From positions 2,645 to 66,644 of the forward strand of contig DASPUT010000077.1 of NCBI GenBank assembly GCA_035622735.1: a stretch of DNA of 64,000 nucleotides. The letters are read 5' to 3'. The notes below the pieces were generated by a model. That model searched no databases and had not been told where the DNA came from. It saw only the letters and a list, made by a program, of their open reading frames with translations. Positions 1 through 8,661 of the stretch are shown piece after piece (position 1 is the stretch's first letter; every line of letters starts with the position of its first letter). Made by a program: the position numbers and the translations under genes. Source of the DNA: Thermodesulfovibrionales bacterium (GTDB lineage: Bacteria > Nitrospirota > Thermodesulfovibrionia > Thermodesulfovibrionales > UBA9159).

Positions 1-1
1 A

Positions 2-562
2 TATCCGGGCAAGGGGACCGAACATCTTGTGCTGGAAGGTCGAACTATCATCGATGGGTTTAAGAACAAGGGATATCTTACCATCGGCTCTGGCGCCGTG
101 GGCTGGTTCAATCCCCAGAGCAGGACCGGCCAACTCCTGACCGAAGACTTCGACAAATTCTACTTCCCCGGCAACACGCATTCGCTCGCGAGACAGCTGG
201 ACTGGCTCGGGCATGAGCTGGTCGATCCGTCCAGGCCGGTGTTTGTATTCCTCAATATCGGTGAGACCCATGTCCCCTACTACTATGAAGGAGCACCGTG
301 GAATTGTGAAGTTAATCCGTGCGTACCCTTTTCCGAGAGCAATGATGCTGCAGAATGCCGCAGCCGTCAGAAAGCGTGTCTGGAATATGTCGACGCTCTC
401 CTGAAACCGCTCCTTGAGGCGTTCCGCGCTGCCACTACGGTAGTCTGCTCTGATCACGGCGACTGCTGGGGCGAAGACGGTCTGTGGGAGCACGGGATCC
501 ATCATGAGAAGGTACTGGAGGTCCCTTTGCTCTTCAGGCTCAACGGGGGTCAGCAGAGATAG
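2..562 (+). CDS. sulfatase-like (alkaline phosphatase superfamily) protein, C-terminal part; 5' end runs off the window
   Basis: The frame stays open back to nt 2, so the listed GTG at 29 is probably internal. The C-terminal block VCSDHGDCWGEDGLWEHGIHHE resembles the DHG...G.HG region of sulfatase-type hydrolases. Stop TAG at 560-562. Confidence 0.55.
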   Translation, partial: YPGKGTEHLVLEGRTIIDGFKNKGYLTIGSGAVGWFNPQSRTGQLLTEDFDKFYFPGNTHSLARQLDWLGHELVDPSRPVFVFLNIGETHVPYYYEGAPWNCEVNPCVPFSESNDAAECRSRQKACLEYVDALLKPLLEAFRAATTVVCSDHGDCWGEDGLWEHGIHHEKVLEVPLLFRLNGGQQR

Positions 563-647
563 ACTCGCACTAGTGCGGTATCCTTAGTCGGGAGACATGG
601 ATGATTCTGCCGGTTTATCTCCTGCAGAATCATCCATGTTGAGGTGG

Positions 648-1604
648 TTACGGATTGTGGTAGTTTGTTACCGAAGGATCAGCCGGAGTCCCGCCTGTGA
701 AAGGATTGGTGACGCCGACAGCAAAATTATTTTTGTAGATACCTGACGAGCCAGAAAAACTGAGCCCATACGTCATGTTGAAGACCGTATTATCTCTTGC
801 AATCGCATTTGAACCGTTGACCGAAAGTCCAGTTGAGGTCCCCGGCCCGAGCGCAGGGTTTGTCATGATGTTGTTATCGACCATGTTATCGGCCGATAAC
901 GCATCAAGATAAATGGCATAGGACGTTTCACCTGCTTCTTCCCTGGTGGCGGAGACCGCGTTGGCGCCGATGACCGATGTTGCGCCGCTCGAGTAGATAC
1001 CGAAGACCGCAGCGCCGGAGCTGCCATTAGTGCTGCCCACGATATTCTCTCTGATCACCGCCGCCCGGCCTGAGGAATAAATGCCGTAAACATCAGGCGT
1101 GCCGACAGTGGTGCCGCCGGTGTTTATCACCTGGTTGTAACGGATGCGGTTCCCGAAGCCGACAACCATGATACCGCGGGCTGTATTGGAATCGGCACGG
1201 ATGCCTTCCACGACATTGCCCAGAGACGTGTTGCCCGAGGTATCGTCCAGCTGTATGCCGCAATAGAAGCCGCGCACGACACCGTTCCTGACGATGACAT
1301 TCTTCCGCTGGTTAGCGTAAATGCCGACGGCCTGAGTCGCGAGTCCCGCGCCCTGCCCCCCGATCCTGTGGTCGTTGAGATCGAGCACGACATTGCTCGC
1401 GTTGATCGTAATAACATTGCCTGTCGGGGAAGAGGAGGTAAGGTCACTCGTAAGGCAATAATTACCAGGCACACTGATCGTGTAGGGCACTAACATCTGA
1501 TTGATTGGCGTGCAGAGAGTTAATTCTGCTTGCGTCACGGTTGCGATCGCAAAAACAAACATACTGGTCAGGACAAAGAATACTGCACATCTTCCGATCT
1601 TCAT
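648..1604 (-). CDS. secreted right-handed parallel beta-helix repeat protein
   Basis: AAGGAGGA lies just upstream of the ATG at 1604. Signal peptide MKIGRCAVFFVLTSMFVFAIATVTQA. Periodic Gly/Asn/Val-rich turns (NVVLDLNDHRIGG, NVIVRNGVVRGF, GNRIRYNQVINTGG, AVIRENIVGS) are typical of NosD/pectate-lyase-like beta-helices. Confidence 0.7.
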   Translation of the reverse strand: MKIGRCAVFFVLTSMFVFAIATVTQAELTLCTPINQMLVPYTISVPGNYCLTSDLTSSSPTGNVITINASNVVLDLNDHRIGGQGAGLATQAVGIYANQRKNVIVRNGVVRGFYCGIQLDDTSGNTSLGNVVEGIRADSNTARGIMVVGFGNRIRYNQVINTGGTTVGTPDVYGIYSSGRAAVIRENIVGSTNGSSGAAVFGIYSSGATSVIGANAVSATREEAGETSYAIYLDALSADNMVDNNIMTNPALGPGTSTGLSVNGSNAIARDNTVFNMTYGLSFSGSSGIYKNNFAVGVTNPFTGGTPADPSVTNYHNP

Positions 1605-1731
1605 TGCAGATCCTCCTTCATTTATTCTTTAAGAAGTCAAAAGGGTTTATGAATCCTTTCTGTGTAGTGAGAGAAAACGGCAACATAAATCCCTCAACGC
1701 AAAAAAAAATGTTTCTTATGAAAAGGGTTTG

Positions 1732-2172
1732 TTACGTGGAAGGGGGAGAAAGGCCTGAATGAAGAGGACAGAAACCTTTTTGAAATAGGGGCTTCTTTTC
1801 CTCAATTACGCCTGTGAGAGCTGGTGTTCTCGCCAAGACGAGTTCGTCGGCGATGAGTAGAGAAGACCTCGCAGGGGGCTTCAATCGTGAATGAACGGTT
1901 TCCTGTACTTCAGCTGCCTTTACTTTGAGGACCGTGCCCTGTGACGGGTCAGGGCCCGTGTCATTTCTCTCCTCCCCTGTCACGATCGAGAGCAGTAATT
2001 CGGCGATGAACAATTTCATGTCGAGTGGGGAGCGTGTTATTTGAACAACAGAGGCGTGTAACTCATTGTGGACCTCTGTGTGCAGATACACCAGAAAGGG
2101 AGATGTTGCGTATATGCAAAAATATATCAGGAAGAAAACCGTTACAGGATGAATCTTGAGTTTAGATGCCAT
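1732..2172 (-). CDS. hypothetical protein (weak call)
   Basis: This is the only long ORF in the gap 1605-2431. The internal ATG at 2172 is preceded by GGAAGAAGGA. There is one hydrophobic helix (VTVFFLIYFCIYATSPFLVYL) and no recognisable family. Confidence 0.25.
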   Translation of the reverse strand: MASKLKIHPVTVFFLIYFCIYATSPFLVYLHTEVHNELHASVVQITRSPLDMKLFIAELLLSIVTGEERNDTGPDPSQGTVLKVKAAEVQETVHSRLKPPARSSLLIADELVLARTPALTGVIEEKKPLFQKGFCPLHSGLSPPST

Positions 2173-2431
2173 GAGATCCTTCTTCCAGCCTACCGCCTCA
2201 CCTCTCATTTGGGATACAGATTCAAAATGAATCAGGGTCGCCTTCATGAAAAGCAATTTCCATACCATAATTTCAGGTTCGTAAATTGATATAAAACTAG
2301 GACATTGCTCGGTCCAACCGATCAATCTTGGGTAAAGAACTACATAGCATGGGAAACAAATGACACAAAGAGCGACGACCGTAGGCGAAGAGGCGTGAAA
2401 ATTGTTCCGGATTAGAGGAAGACCGAATCGC

Positions 2432-4168
2432 TCAGTGGATGACCCACTCGCTCCGTTTTACCAGTTCCGGATGGGGACCTTCGGTCAACTGAACAATGTA
2501 ACATCCCTTCGATGCATAGCGCTGTCCGGGGCCAAAACTCAACCGCGGATAGAGGACAACGTCATAGGACTGATCGGGCATCATATCGATCAGCTCAAGA
2601 AGACGGTCTCTGTAGTAATACCCCTTCAGCATACCGAGTTGCTCCGAGAGCATCCGAACAATATCATACATCTTGTACCCTATATCGATATTGGAAACGG
2701 GAAGTTTGTTGTTCCTGATCCAGGCCTTGACCCCGTCTTTCAGCCCTTTCCCTTCCTGGGGGAGTCTGTAAGGATACGTCACATACACAAAACTTCTCAC
2801 CTTCTCCGGCAGGGAATACAGATCTTGCCCCAGAATGCCCGATGAGACGAAGACCATGCCCGGTCGGTCTTGGACATCCACAAGCCCACCGATGGCAGAG
2901 AGGTCTTTCGGGCTCAGCCACAAAACGAGAATCGAATTTTTGTGCCGGCCGACCAGCTGCTTCCAGAAGTCTCCATTCACGATTTCTCCATTAGAAAGCA
3001 TGACATCTATGGGAAGGGGCTGGCCGAGGTTCTCCCGCGTCTCCCGAAAGGCTCTTGCAAGGGTGACGCCGGACCGGTCATTGCGAAAGACCTGGACGAC
3101 CGACAGATCGGGAGCAAGATTCTCCTCGATAGAGTGAAGATATCTTGCAACAGCCTCCCCTTCCTGATACAAGCCCTTGGAGAAATAAAGTGTATACCAC
3201 TCCGTGTCAGAGATCAGAGGGAAATCGGTAACGGGAAAGAAATTGGGGATCCGGTGCTCCTCACTAAATTCGTGGATAGGTGCCCAGTCGCCCGTGGTAA
3301 TTCCGCCCACAAGCGCAAAGACGGGCTTCTTTTGGTAATATTCTTCCAGCTGTTTTCGCCAGCCCTCCCGTGGTCCCTTCAACTCCCAGACATCGAGCGT
3401 CAGCCCTCGAAAGCCCTTGTCCATGACTTCCTCGGTAAATGGCCCTGTTTTGGCCCTCCTTGCCGCGTGCCGTGATTTCCCCCATGTTCTGGCATAAAAC
3501 TGAAGAGGTGCCACCATCGACTCACGGTCTTCTTTCTTCACTTCTTCCGTAACCACAGTGGCAAGGTGTATCGTCGTGTCGGTAACTCCGGGTGGCATCT
3601 CTGCGGTCAGGTTCTTGAGATAAAAGATCATAATCTCCATATCATGATCATCAAGAAAGTATCTCGGCATGACGCCGTTGAGTTTCCTACCGTTCGGATC
3701 TTCTCCTGCCCTCAGCGCAACCGCCAGCGTCTCGTCAGTGTATGCGGGGCGGAAGTCGCCGCTGAGAAGCATCTTGGGCAGTTTTTCCCGGGCTGACTTG
3801 CTCAGGTCTCCCATCATCGACATCGGTTTATAAAGTCTTGGACCGTCTATAGGAAAGGTATAGACCGTGCCTTCCAGCGATCCCATCCCGCTCCTTTGAT
3901 GACAGCTCACACAGCTGAACATCCTGCCGTCTACAGGGATTTCCCCCTCAAGAACAGCCTGCAGGGGCTCTCCTGATGGCAGTATCCCGTCACGATACAT
4001 CCGCTCCCCCTGCCGCAATGCCTCTTCCCGTGATACTCCTGCAATCGTGAGAGACTGTTTATCCTCGGCTGTAATTGTCCCTGACCAGAGAACGACGAGA
4101 AGCAGGGAAAGAATTCCCCATGCCAGGAACACCGCGACATCTTTCACCGACTGAAAAACCTTCCTCAC
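2432..4168 (-). CDS. periplasmic fusion protein: N-terminal mono-heme c-type cytochrome plus type I solute-binding (LivK-like) domain
   Basis: The GTG start overlaps the stop of the upstream SCO1 gene (GTGA at 4165-4168). Anchor/signal helix VAVFLAWGILSLLLVVLW. One heme motif, CVSCH. The remainder resembles branched-chain amino-acid-type binding proteins (PVFALVGGITTGDWAPIHEFSEEHRIPNFFP, YFSKGLYQEGEAVARYL). Confidence 0.65.
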   Translation of the reverse strand: MRKVFQSVKDVAVFLAWGILSLLLVVLWSGTITAEDKQSLTIAGVSREEALRQGERMYRDGILPSGEPLQAVLEGEIPVDGRMFSCVSCHQRSGMGSLEGTVYTFPIDGPRLYKPMSMMGDLSKSAREKLPKMLLSGDFRPAYTDETLAVALRAGEDPNGRKLNGVMPRYFLDDHDMEIMIFYLKNLTAEMPPGVTDTTIHLATVVTEEVKKEDRESMVAPLQFYARTWGKSRHAARRAKTGPFTEEVMDKGFRGLTLDVWELKGPREGWRKQLEEYYQKKPVFALVGGITTGDWAPIHEFSEEHRIPNFFPVTDFPLISDTEWYTLYFSKGLYQEGEAVARYLHSIEENLAPDLSVVQVFRNDRSGVTLARAFRETRENLGQPLPIDVMLSNGEIVNGDFWKQLVGRHKNSILVLWLSPKDLSAIGGLVDVQDRPGMVFVSSGILGQDLYSLPEKVRSFVYVTYPYRLPQEGKGLKDGVKAWIRNNKLPVSNIDIGYKMYDIVRMLSEQLGMLKGYYYRDRLLELIDMMPDQSYDVVLYPRLSFGPGQRYASKGCYIVQLTEGPHPELVKRSEWVIH

Positions 4169-4773
4169 TTGAGCACCTTCTGGTATTCTCTTATGAGATC
4201 TCGCGTCCCGATAATGCCGTAAATCCTGACCCAGCGGGTCTCGGCCGGACCGTGGAGCAAAATGAGGGGAAGGTGACGCATCTTATCGGAAGTGTACGCG
4301 TCAAGGGCCTTCAACACCTTTTCGATGTCCTCCCTGCGGCCGGTCAGGAAGTCCCATCCCGGCTTTGCGTCGTACCTTTGGAGATAGGCCTTCATCGCTT
4401 TTGGCGTATCGTTATCCGGATCGATCGAGATGGAGACGAGGTTGACGCCGGCGGATTCCGGTCCGAGCTTCCTTTGAAAATCGCAAAAGCCGATCGACAG
4501 CACGGGACAGATCGTGGTGCAGGTGGTGAATATGAAATCCACGAGGACTGGCTTGTCCGAATTCAGCAAGGTCCTGAGTCGGACCTTCTTGCCATTCTGA
4601 TTTACCAGGGTCACATCCGGAACCGCGTAGTTTTCGACAGTCCTCTTAAACTTTTCGTTCGTCTCGGCCCTTACCCCATCAGAGGTGACGACAAGCGAAG
4701 ATAGAAGAAAAAAGAGTATGAAAGAGCATACCCTGCATTTCACCAGAGGCGTTGCCATATGGGAAACCTCCAT
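4165..4773 (-). CDS. SCO1/SenC family copper chaperone / thiol-disulfide protein
   Basis: N-terminal hydrophobic helix. Thioredoxin-fold SCO signature VLVDFIFTTCTTICP (CxxxC). An alternative start at ATG 4758 has GGAGG 9 nt upstream. The gene is translationally coupled to the downstream cytochrome fusion. Confidence 0.8.
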   Translation of the reverse strand: MEVSHMATPLVKCRVCSFILFFLLSSLVVTSDGVRAETNEKFKRTVENYAVPDVTLVNQNGKKVRLRTLLNSDKPVLVDFIFTTCTTICPVLSIGFCDFQRKLGPESAGVNLVSISIDPDNDTPKAMKAYLQRYDAKPGWDFLTGRREDIEKVLKALDAYTSDKMRHLPLILLHGPAETRWVRIYGIIGTRDLIREYQKVLK

Positions 4774-4878
4774 CTGAATATCAGCTGTGCCAACATATTA
4801 TCACAAAAAGTCGTTGCCGTCTAATCAAACCAATCCGGGCGACATTCTGAAGAGTCGCTCACCATATCTCTTATGCAC

Positions 4879-4906
4879 TTGACTCACAGGCTTTAATATG
4901 TAATAT
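4879..4906 (+). promoter_or_regulatory. candidate sigma70-type promoter (TTGACT-16 nt-TAATAT) for the 5099 gene
   Basis: TTGACT at 4879-4884, a 16-nt spacer, and TAATAT at 4901-4906. This would give a leader of roughly 190 nt before the ATG at 5099. Confidence 0.4.
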
Positions 4907-5098
4907 TATGCATTAAAGGGGGTAATCCGAAGCCCCGGAGGACTTTTGAGGGTCACTTTAACAAAGTAGAGCAAGTCGTCGCACAAGAAACTGGTCTAGG
5001 CCGGACAGAGGACATCATAAGCGGCGATTTCACTGGCAATGACGGGAGGGGCGAATAATTTCATTCATGATTGAACAGTCCTTAAAAGGAGGAGAGGT

Positions 5099-5884
5099 AT
5101 GAAAAAAATATCGGTAGTGATGATGGCAGTGATGGCTATTTCAGTTTTGCTGGCGGTTCCGGCGTTCAGCGCGCCAAAGCTTATTGTGAAGGCCGCGAAC
5201 GGGACTGATGATGTTTTCCACGTGGAGGATACGGGGAATGTCGGAATCTTCTCTGGAATTACAAACCCGGCTGCGCCGACAGCACCGTTGAACATCGTCT
5301 CGGCAGGTTCGGGAAATCTCTTCACGATAACAACCACATCCCCGGCAGGAGGTGCAGGGTTTGAATTTAAAGTGCCGGGCGGCGGTGATTGGCTCTTCAG
5401 GGCAACTCAGGATAATGGGTTCAAGATAAGGGATGGGGCAAATGCGAAGGATGCGGTCTACGTTCAATTTAATACCGGCCATGTCGGGATCGGCACACTT
5501 ACTCCGGCCCATCCTCTCGTAATTTGTGCATTTCCGGGCTCGGCGACGTGCGTTTCTAATGACGGTACCACAACATGGACAGCTTCGAGCCGTGAATACA
5601 AGGAGAATATTCAGTCTTTACCCGCTGACAAGGCGATTGACGCCCTGAAGGACCTCAATCCTGTTACCTTCAGATATAGAGACATCCCCGACCAGCCGCA
5701 CGTCGGATTTATCGCAGAGGATGTTCCTGATTTGGTTGCGTCGAAAGACAGAAAGGCACTGAGTCCGATGGACATCGTGGCTGTCCTGACGCGAGTGGTT
5801 CAGGAGCAGAACAAGACTATCGAGGCGCTCTCGGCGAAGATCGACAGGCTCGAGAAAGCTTCAATGGACGGAAGAAAGTTTTAA
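5099..5884 (+). CDS. secreted protein with C-terminal peptidase S74 (tail-fibre/endosialidase intramolecular chaperone) domain
   Basis: AAGGAGGAGAGG lies before the ATG. Signal peptide MKKISVVMMAVMAISVLLAVPAFSA. C-terminal block SSREYKENIQSL...LNPVTFRYRD...HVGFIAEDVPDLV...MDIVAVLTRVVQEQNKTIEALSAKIDRLE matches the self-cleaving Ser-Lys chaperone domain. Confidence 0.7.
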   Translation: MKKISVVMMAVMAISVLLAVPAFSAPKLIVKAANGTDDVFHVEDTGNVGIFSGITNPAAPTAPLNIVSAGSGNLFTITTTSPAGGAGFEFKVPGGGDWLFRATQDNGFKIRDGANAKDAVYVQFNTGHVGIGTLTPAHPLVICAFPGSATCVSNDGTTTWTASSREYKENIQSLPADKAIDALKDLNPVTFRYRDIPDQPHVGFIAEDVPDLVASKDRKALSPMDIVAVLTRVVQEQNKTIEALSAKIDRLEKASMDGRKF

Positions 5885-5933
5885 GGCACACAACAGTTTT
5901 ACGGCAGACAACCGAAGGAGCTGTTTCCATGAA

Positions 5934-5968
5934 ATCTGCTGCCTGATACAACGGGCAGCAGATTTTTT
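5934..5968 (+). terminator. rho-independent terminator
   Basis: Perfect 10-bp stem ATCTGCTGCC (5934-5943) / GGCAGCAGAT (5954-5963), a 10-nt loop, then a T-run at 5964-5968. It lies 50 nt after the stop at 5884. Confidence 0.8.
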
Positions 5969-6066
5969 ATGCCCCTCATGAAATCTCGCTTCTGATGACA
6001 ATTTGCCGCTGATCGGTTATTATATTGTGCGTTGAGAAGCCCAGACGCAGAGGAAATGTTGCGTTC

Positions 6067-8550
6067 ATGGAAAACGGCAAGAGACAAAGGGCCATAGGCA
6101 TCCTCGGTATGCACCGGAGCGGCACATCGGCGATTGCGCGGGCCGTAAATTTACTGGGACCGTACATAGGGCATGCGGATCATTTAATGAAGCCGATCGA
6201 AGGCGATAATCCGCATGGATTTTGGGAGCACTGGGCGGTCTTTTCCCTCCACGAGAGGCTCCTCACATTTCTTGCGAGATCCTGGGATGGCCTTCTTCCC
6301 CCCCCTGAGGGCTGGTGGAAACAGCCGGAAATAACTCCCTTTCACGAGGAACTGCGAAACCTCATAACCACCGAATTTGCAGGGCAAGACATTTGGCTCT
6401 GGAAAGACCCCCGAACTTCCTTGGTTCTGCCGCTCTGGAAGGAGGTCCTCCGCGAGCTCAATATCGACGCGCACTATCTGCTTTGCGTAAGAAATCCCGT
6501 GGACGTCGCTTCCTCGTTGTTGCGGCGGAACCATTTCCCTAAGGCAAAGTCGCTCTCCTTATGGCTGCTCTATACTGTGTCTTCTCTTTACTGGACGAAC
6601 GGCGCTAAACGTATCGTATTTCGTTTCGACGATCTCATTGAAAACTGGGAAGATTCTCTCAGAGAGGTTTCGACCTCGTTGGGCATCCCGTGGCCTCAGG
6701 ATGACCGTGGGCTCCGGAGATCCATGGCTGAGTTCCTCCGTCCGGAAGACCGTCACAGCAGTTCAGATGCTGAATTACTCTTCCATGACACGGAGATCGC
6801 TGAGCCCGTGAAAAGAATGTACCGACTGCTTCAACGATCGGTGGAGAAAAACGGTTTTACTGATTCCGACGAGTTCTCGAAAGAAATAGAAGAAATCTAC
6901 CGTGACTACTGTACCTATGCAGAAATCTTTACCCCTTTGCGCAATGAAGATAGGGCAACGCACAACCAAAATGCCGGGGGAAACCGCGATGCAATGATTC
7001 AGAGCTTGGGCCCTGTAGCTGAATTCAGGAAAGCAGAGGAAGTCAACCGGCTTGTGTTTCCCTCGTTCTCCCGTTACCGGGTGTCGATAGTTATCCCCGT
7101 TTGGAACCATTGGGAACACACCTACCGGTGTTTGCGGTCAGTAATGGCGAACACCGATGAGGTCGCGTACGAGGTTATCGTTATTGACAACGGATCTTCG
7201 GACGGCACCCAAGAAATGCTTGCGAAGGCAGAAAATATCAGGGTCTTGAGAAATCAAACAAACACCGGTTATGTCCTCGCATGCAATCAGGGTGCGGGAA
7301 TAGCCCGGGGCGAGTACCTTCTGCTCCTCAATAACGACGCGGAACCGCTGGAGGGGTGGCTCAGGGAACTTGTGGATGTCATCGATGGCGACGAGACAGT
7401 TGCGGCGGTCGGTGCAAAACTCGTATACGCCGACGGTGTGTTGCAGGAGGCAGGGGGGATGATGTTTCACGACGGACGCGGGTGGAATTTTGGGAAGGGA
7501 GACGACCCGAATGAGGATCTCTACAATATCCCCTGCGAAGTTGATTACTGCTCCGGCGCATGCCTGCTGGTGCGGATGGATCTTTTTAACCGCCTCGGCG
7601 GTTTCGATGTTCGCTATGCCCCTGCCTATTATGAAGACGCTGATCTCTGCTTCGCCCTGCGAAAAATGGGATACAGGGTCGTCTTCAACCCAAACGCAGC
7701 AGTCGTCCATCACGAATCGGTGACGGCGGGAGCAGACGAATCGTCCGGGTACAAAAAATATTTGGAAATTAACAGGAAGAAATTCGTTGAGAAGTGGCGT
7801 AATGAACTGGAACTCCAGGAACCACACCCTTCCGAGACGGGGAGGAGTCCGGTGACTTCCTGTCGCGAAAGGCTTGCAGGAAGTTCTCTATCGCCCGAAG
7901 ACGTTCTTCGTCTTTCACGAGGCGGGCAAGTGCTCCATGGACGTAATCTGGGTTCTCAGTTGCCTGACAGGCCCTTTCTCTATAAATCTCTCGCGGACAA
8001 GGAACATCAGTCAATTGAAGTCATCAAGAAGGCTGCCGGCTTTTATGGAGATGGACAGGTAGGCGTGGTCTGGACCGGCGATAAGGACTCGACCGCTATC
8101 CTTCAGATGATAAGACAGGCATATAACGGCCGTGTACCGTTTACGACAATCAGTCTCGAAGCGAATCCCGCATCTCCTCAGATGCGCGAGTTCATGGAAA
8201 GGCTTCAGCATGAGTGGGCATTTCATTTGGAGAGATTCGATGAGACAGGGTCGTCCCTGCAATCGGCTTCCCGTGATAGAGGTGCGGAACGTCGCGAATC
8301 CGATGCAGGAGAGGTACTCGACAGGGTGGTTGAAGTTTTGGGACTCAAGGCACTCATCATCGCGAAGAGATGGGATGAAGGAATAGCGGCGTCTCCTTAC
8401 AAGTATTTCACCCGTAGGGAAGATCCTCCCTACGTATGGGTTTACCCACTCCTTCACTTTAAGGAAGTGGATGTATGGCATTATATAAAAAAATATAGCG
8501 TACCTTTTTGCGACGTCAACGGGTTAAGAAACCGGCAACTATGCGCATAG
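6067..8550 (+). CDS. three-domain fusion: sulfotransferase-like + GT2 glycosyltransferase + PAPS-reductase-family (PP-loop) domain
   Basis: The ORF opens at TTG 6025, but ATG 6067 (MENGKRQRAIGILGMHRSGTS) is the more likely start. The N-terminal GMHRSGTS loop looks like a PAPS-binding loop. The middle domain is GT2 (VSIVIPVWNH...VIVIDNGSSDGT...LLLLNNDAEP...YYEDADLCFALR). The C-terminal domain has VVWTGDKDSTAILQMIRQAY and PLLHFKEVDVWHYIKKYSVPFC, which resemble CysH/CysD-family PP-loop proteins. Confidence 0.75.
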   Translation: MENGKRQRAIGILGMHRSGTSAIARAVNLLGPYIGHADHLMKPIEGDNPHGFWEHWAVFSLHERLLTFLARSWDGLLPPPEGWWKQPEITPFHEELRNLITTEFAGQDIWLWKDPRTSLVLPLWKEVLRELNIDAHYLLCVRNPVDVASSLLRRNHFPKAKSLSLWLLYTVSSLYWTNGAKRIVFRFDDLIENWEDSLREVSTSLGIPWPQDDRGLRRSMAEFLRPEDRHSSSDAELLFHDTEIAEPVKRMYRLLQRSVEKNGFTDSDEFSKEIEEIYRDYCTYAEIFTPLRNEDRATHNQNAGGNRDAMIQSLGPVAEFRKAEEVNRLVFPSFSRYRVSIVIPVWNHWEHTYRCLRSVMANTDEVAYEVIVIDNGSSDGTQEMLAKAENIRVLRNQTNTGYVLACNQGAGIARGEYLLLLNNDAEPLEGWLRELVDVIDGDETVAAVGAKLVYADGVLQEAGGMMFHDGRGWNFGKGDDPNEDLYNIPCEVDYCSGACLLVRMDLFNRLGGFDVRYAPAYYEDADLCFALRKMGYRVVFNPNAAVVHHESVTAGADESSGYKKYLEINRKKFVEKWRNELELQEPHPSETGRSPVTSCRERLAGSSLSPEDVLRLSRGGQVLHGRNLGSQLPDRPFLYKSLADKEHQSIEVIKKAAGFYGDGQVGVVWTGDKDSTAILQMIRQAYNGRVPFTTISLEANPASPQMREFMERLQHEWAFHLERFDETGSSLQSASRDRGAERRESDAGEVLDRVVEVLGLKALIIAKRWDEGIAASPYKYFTRREDPPYVWVYPLLHFKEVDVWHYIKKYSVPFCDVNGLRNRQLCA

Positions 8551-8661
8551 TCTTGCATGTAGCCGGGTCGATGAACATGTCGCCATGAAGCAATTTGACG
8601 GAATGAGAACACTTGTCCTGCGACAAATCAATCGGAATCCGGGCATGCAAAAGAGGTTGAC

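Noticed and set aside
4907-5098. The ~190-nt leader of the S74-domain gene considered as a second riboswitch. It contains a GGGG...CCCC hairpin near 4918-4945.
   Set aside because: I could not align it to any riboswitch class I know. It has only generic hairpins, so it is left as an unexplained long leader that a covariance-model scan would settle.
6025-6066. The TTG start at 6025 for the sulfotransferase-GT2 fusion.
   Set aside because: The 14 extra codons (CVEKPRRRGNVAF) add nothing family-like. The ATG at 6067 is followed immediately by the conserved sulfotransferase N-terminus. It is kept only as an alternative.
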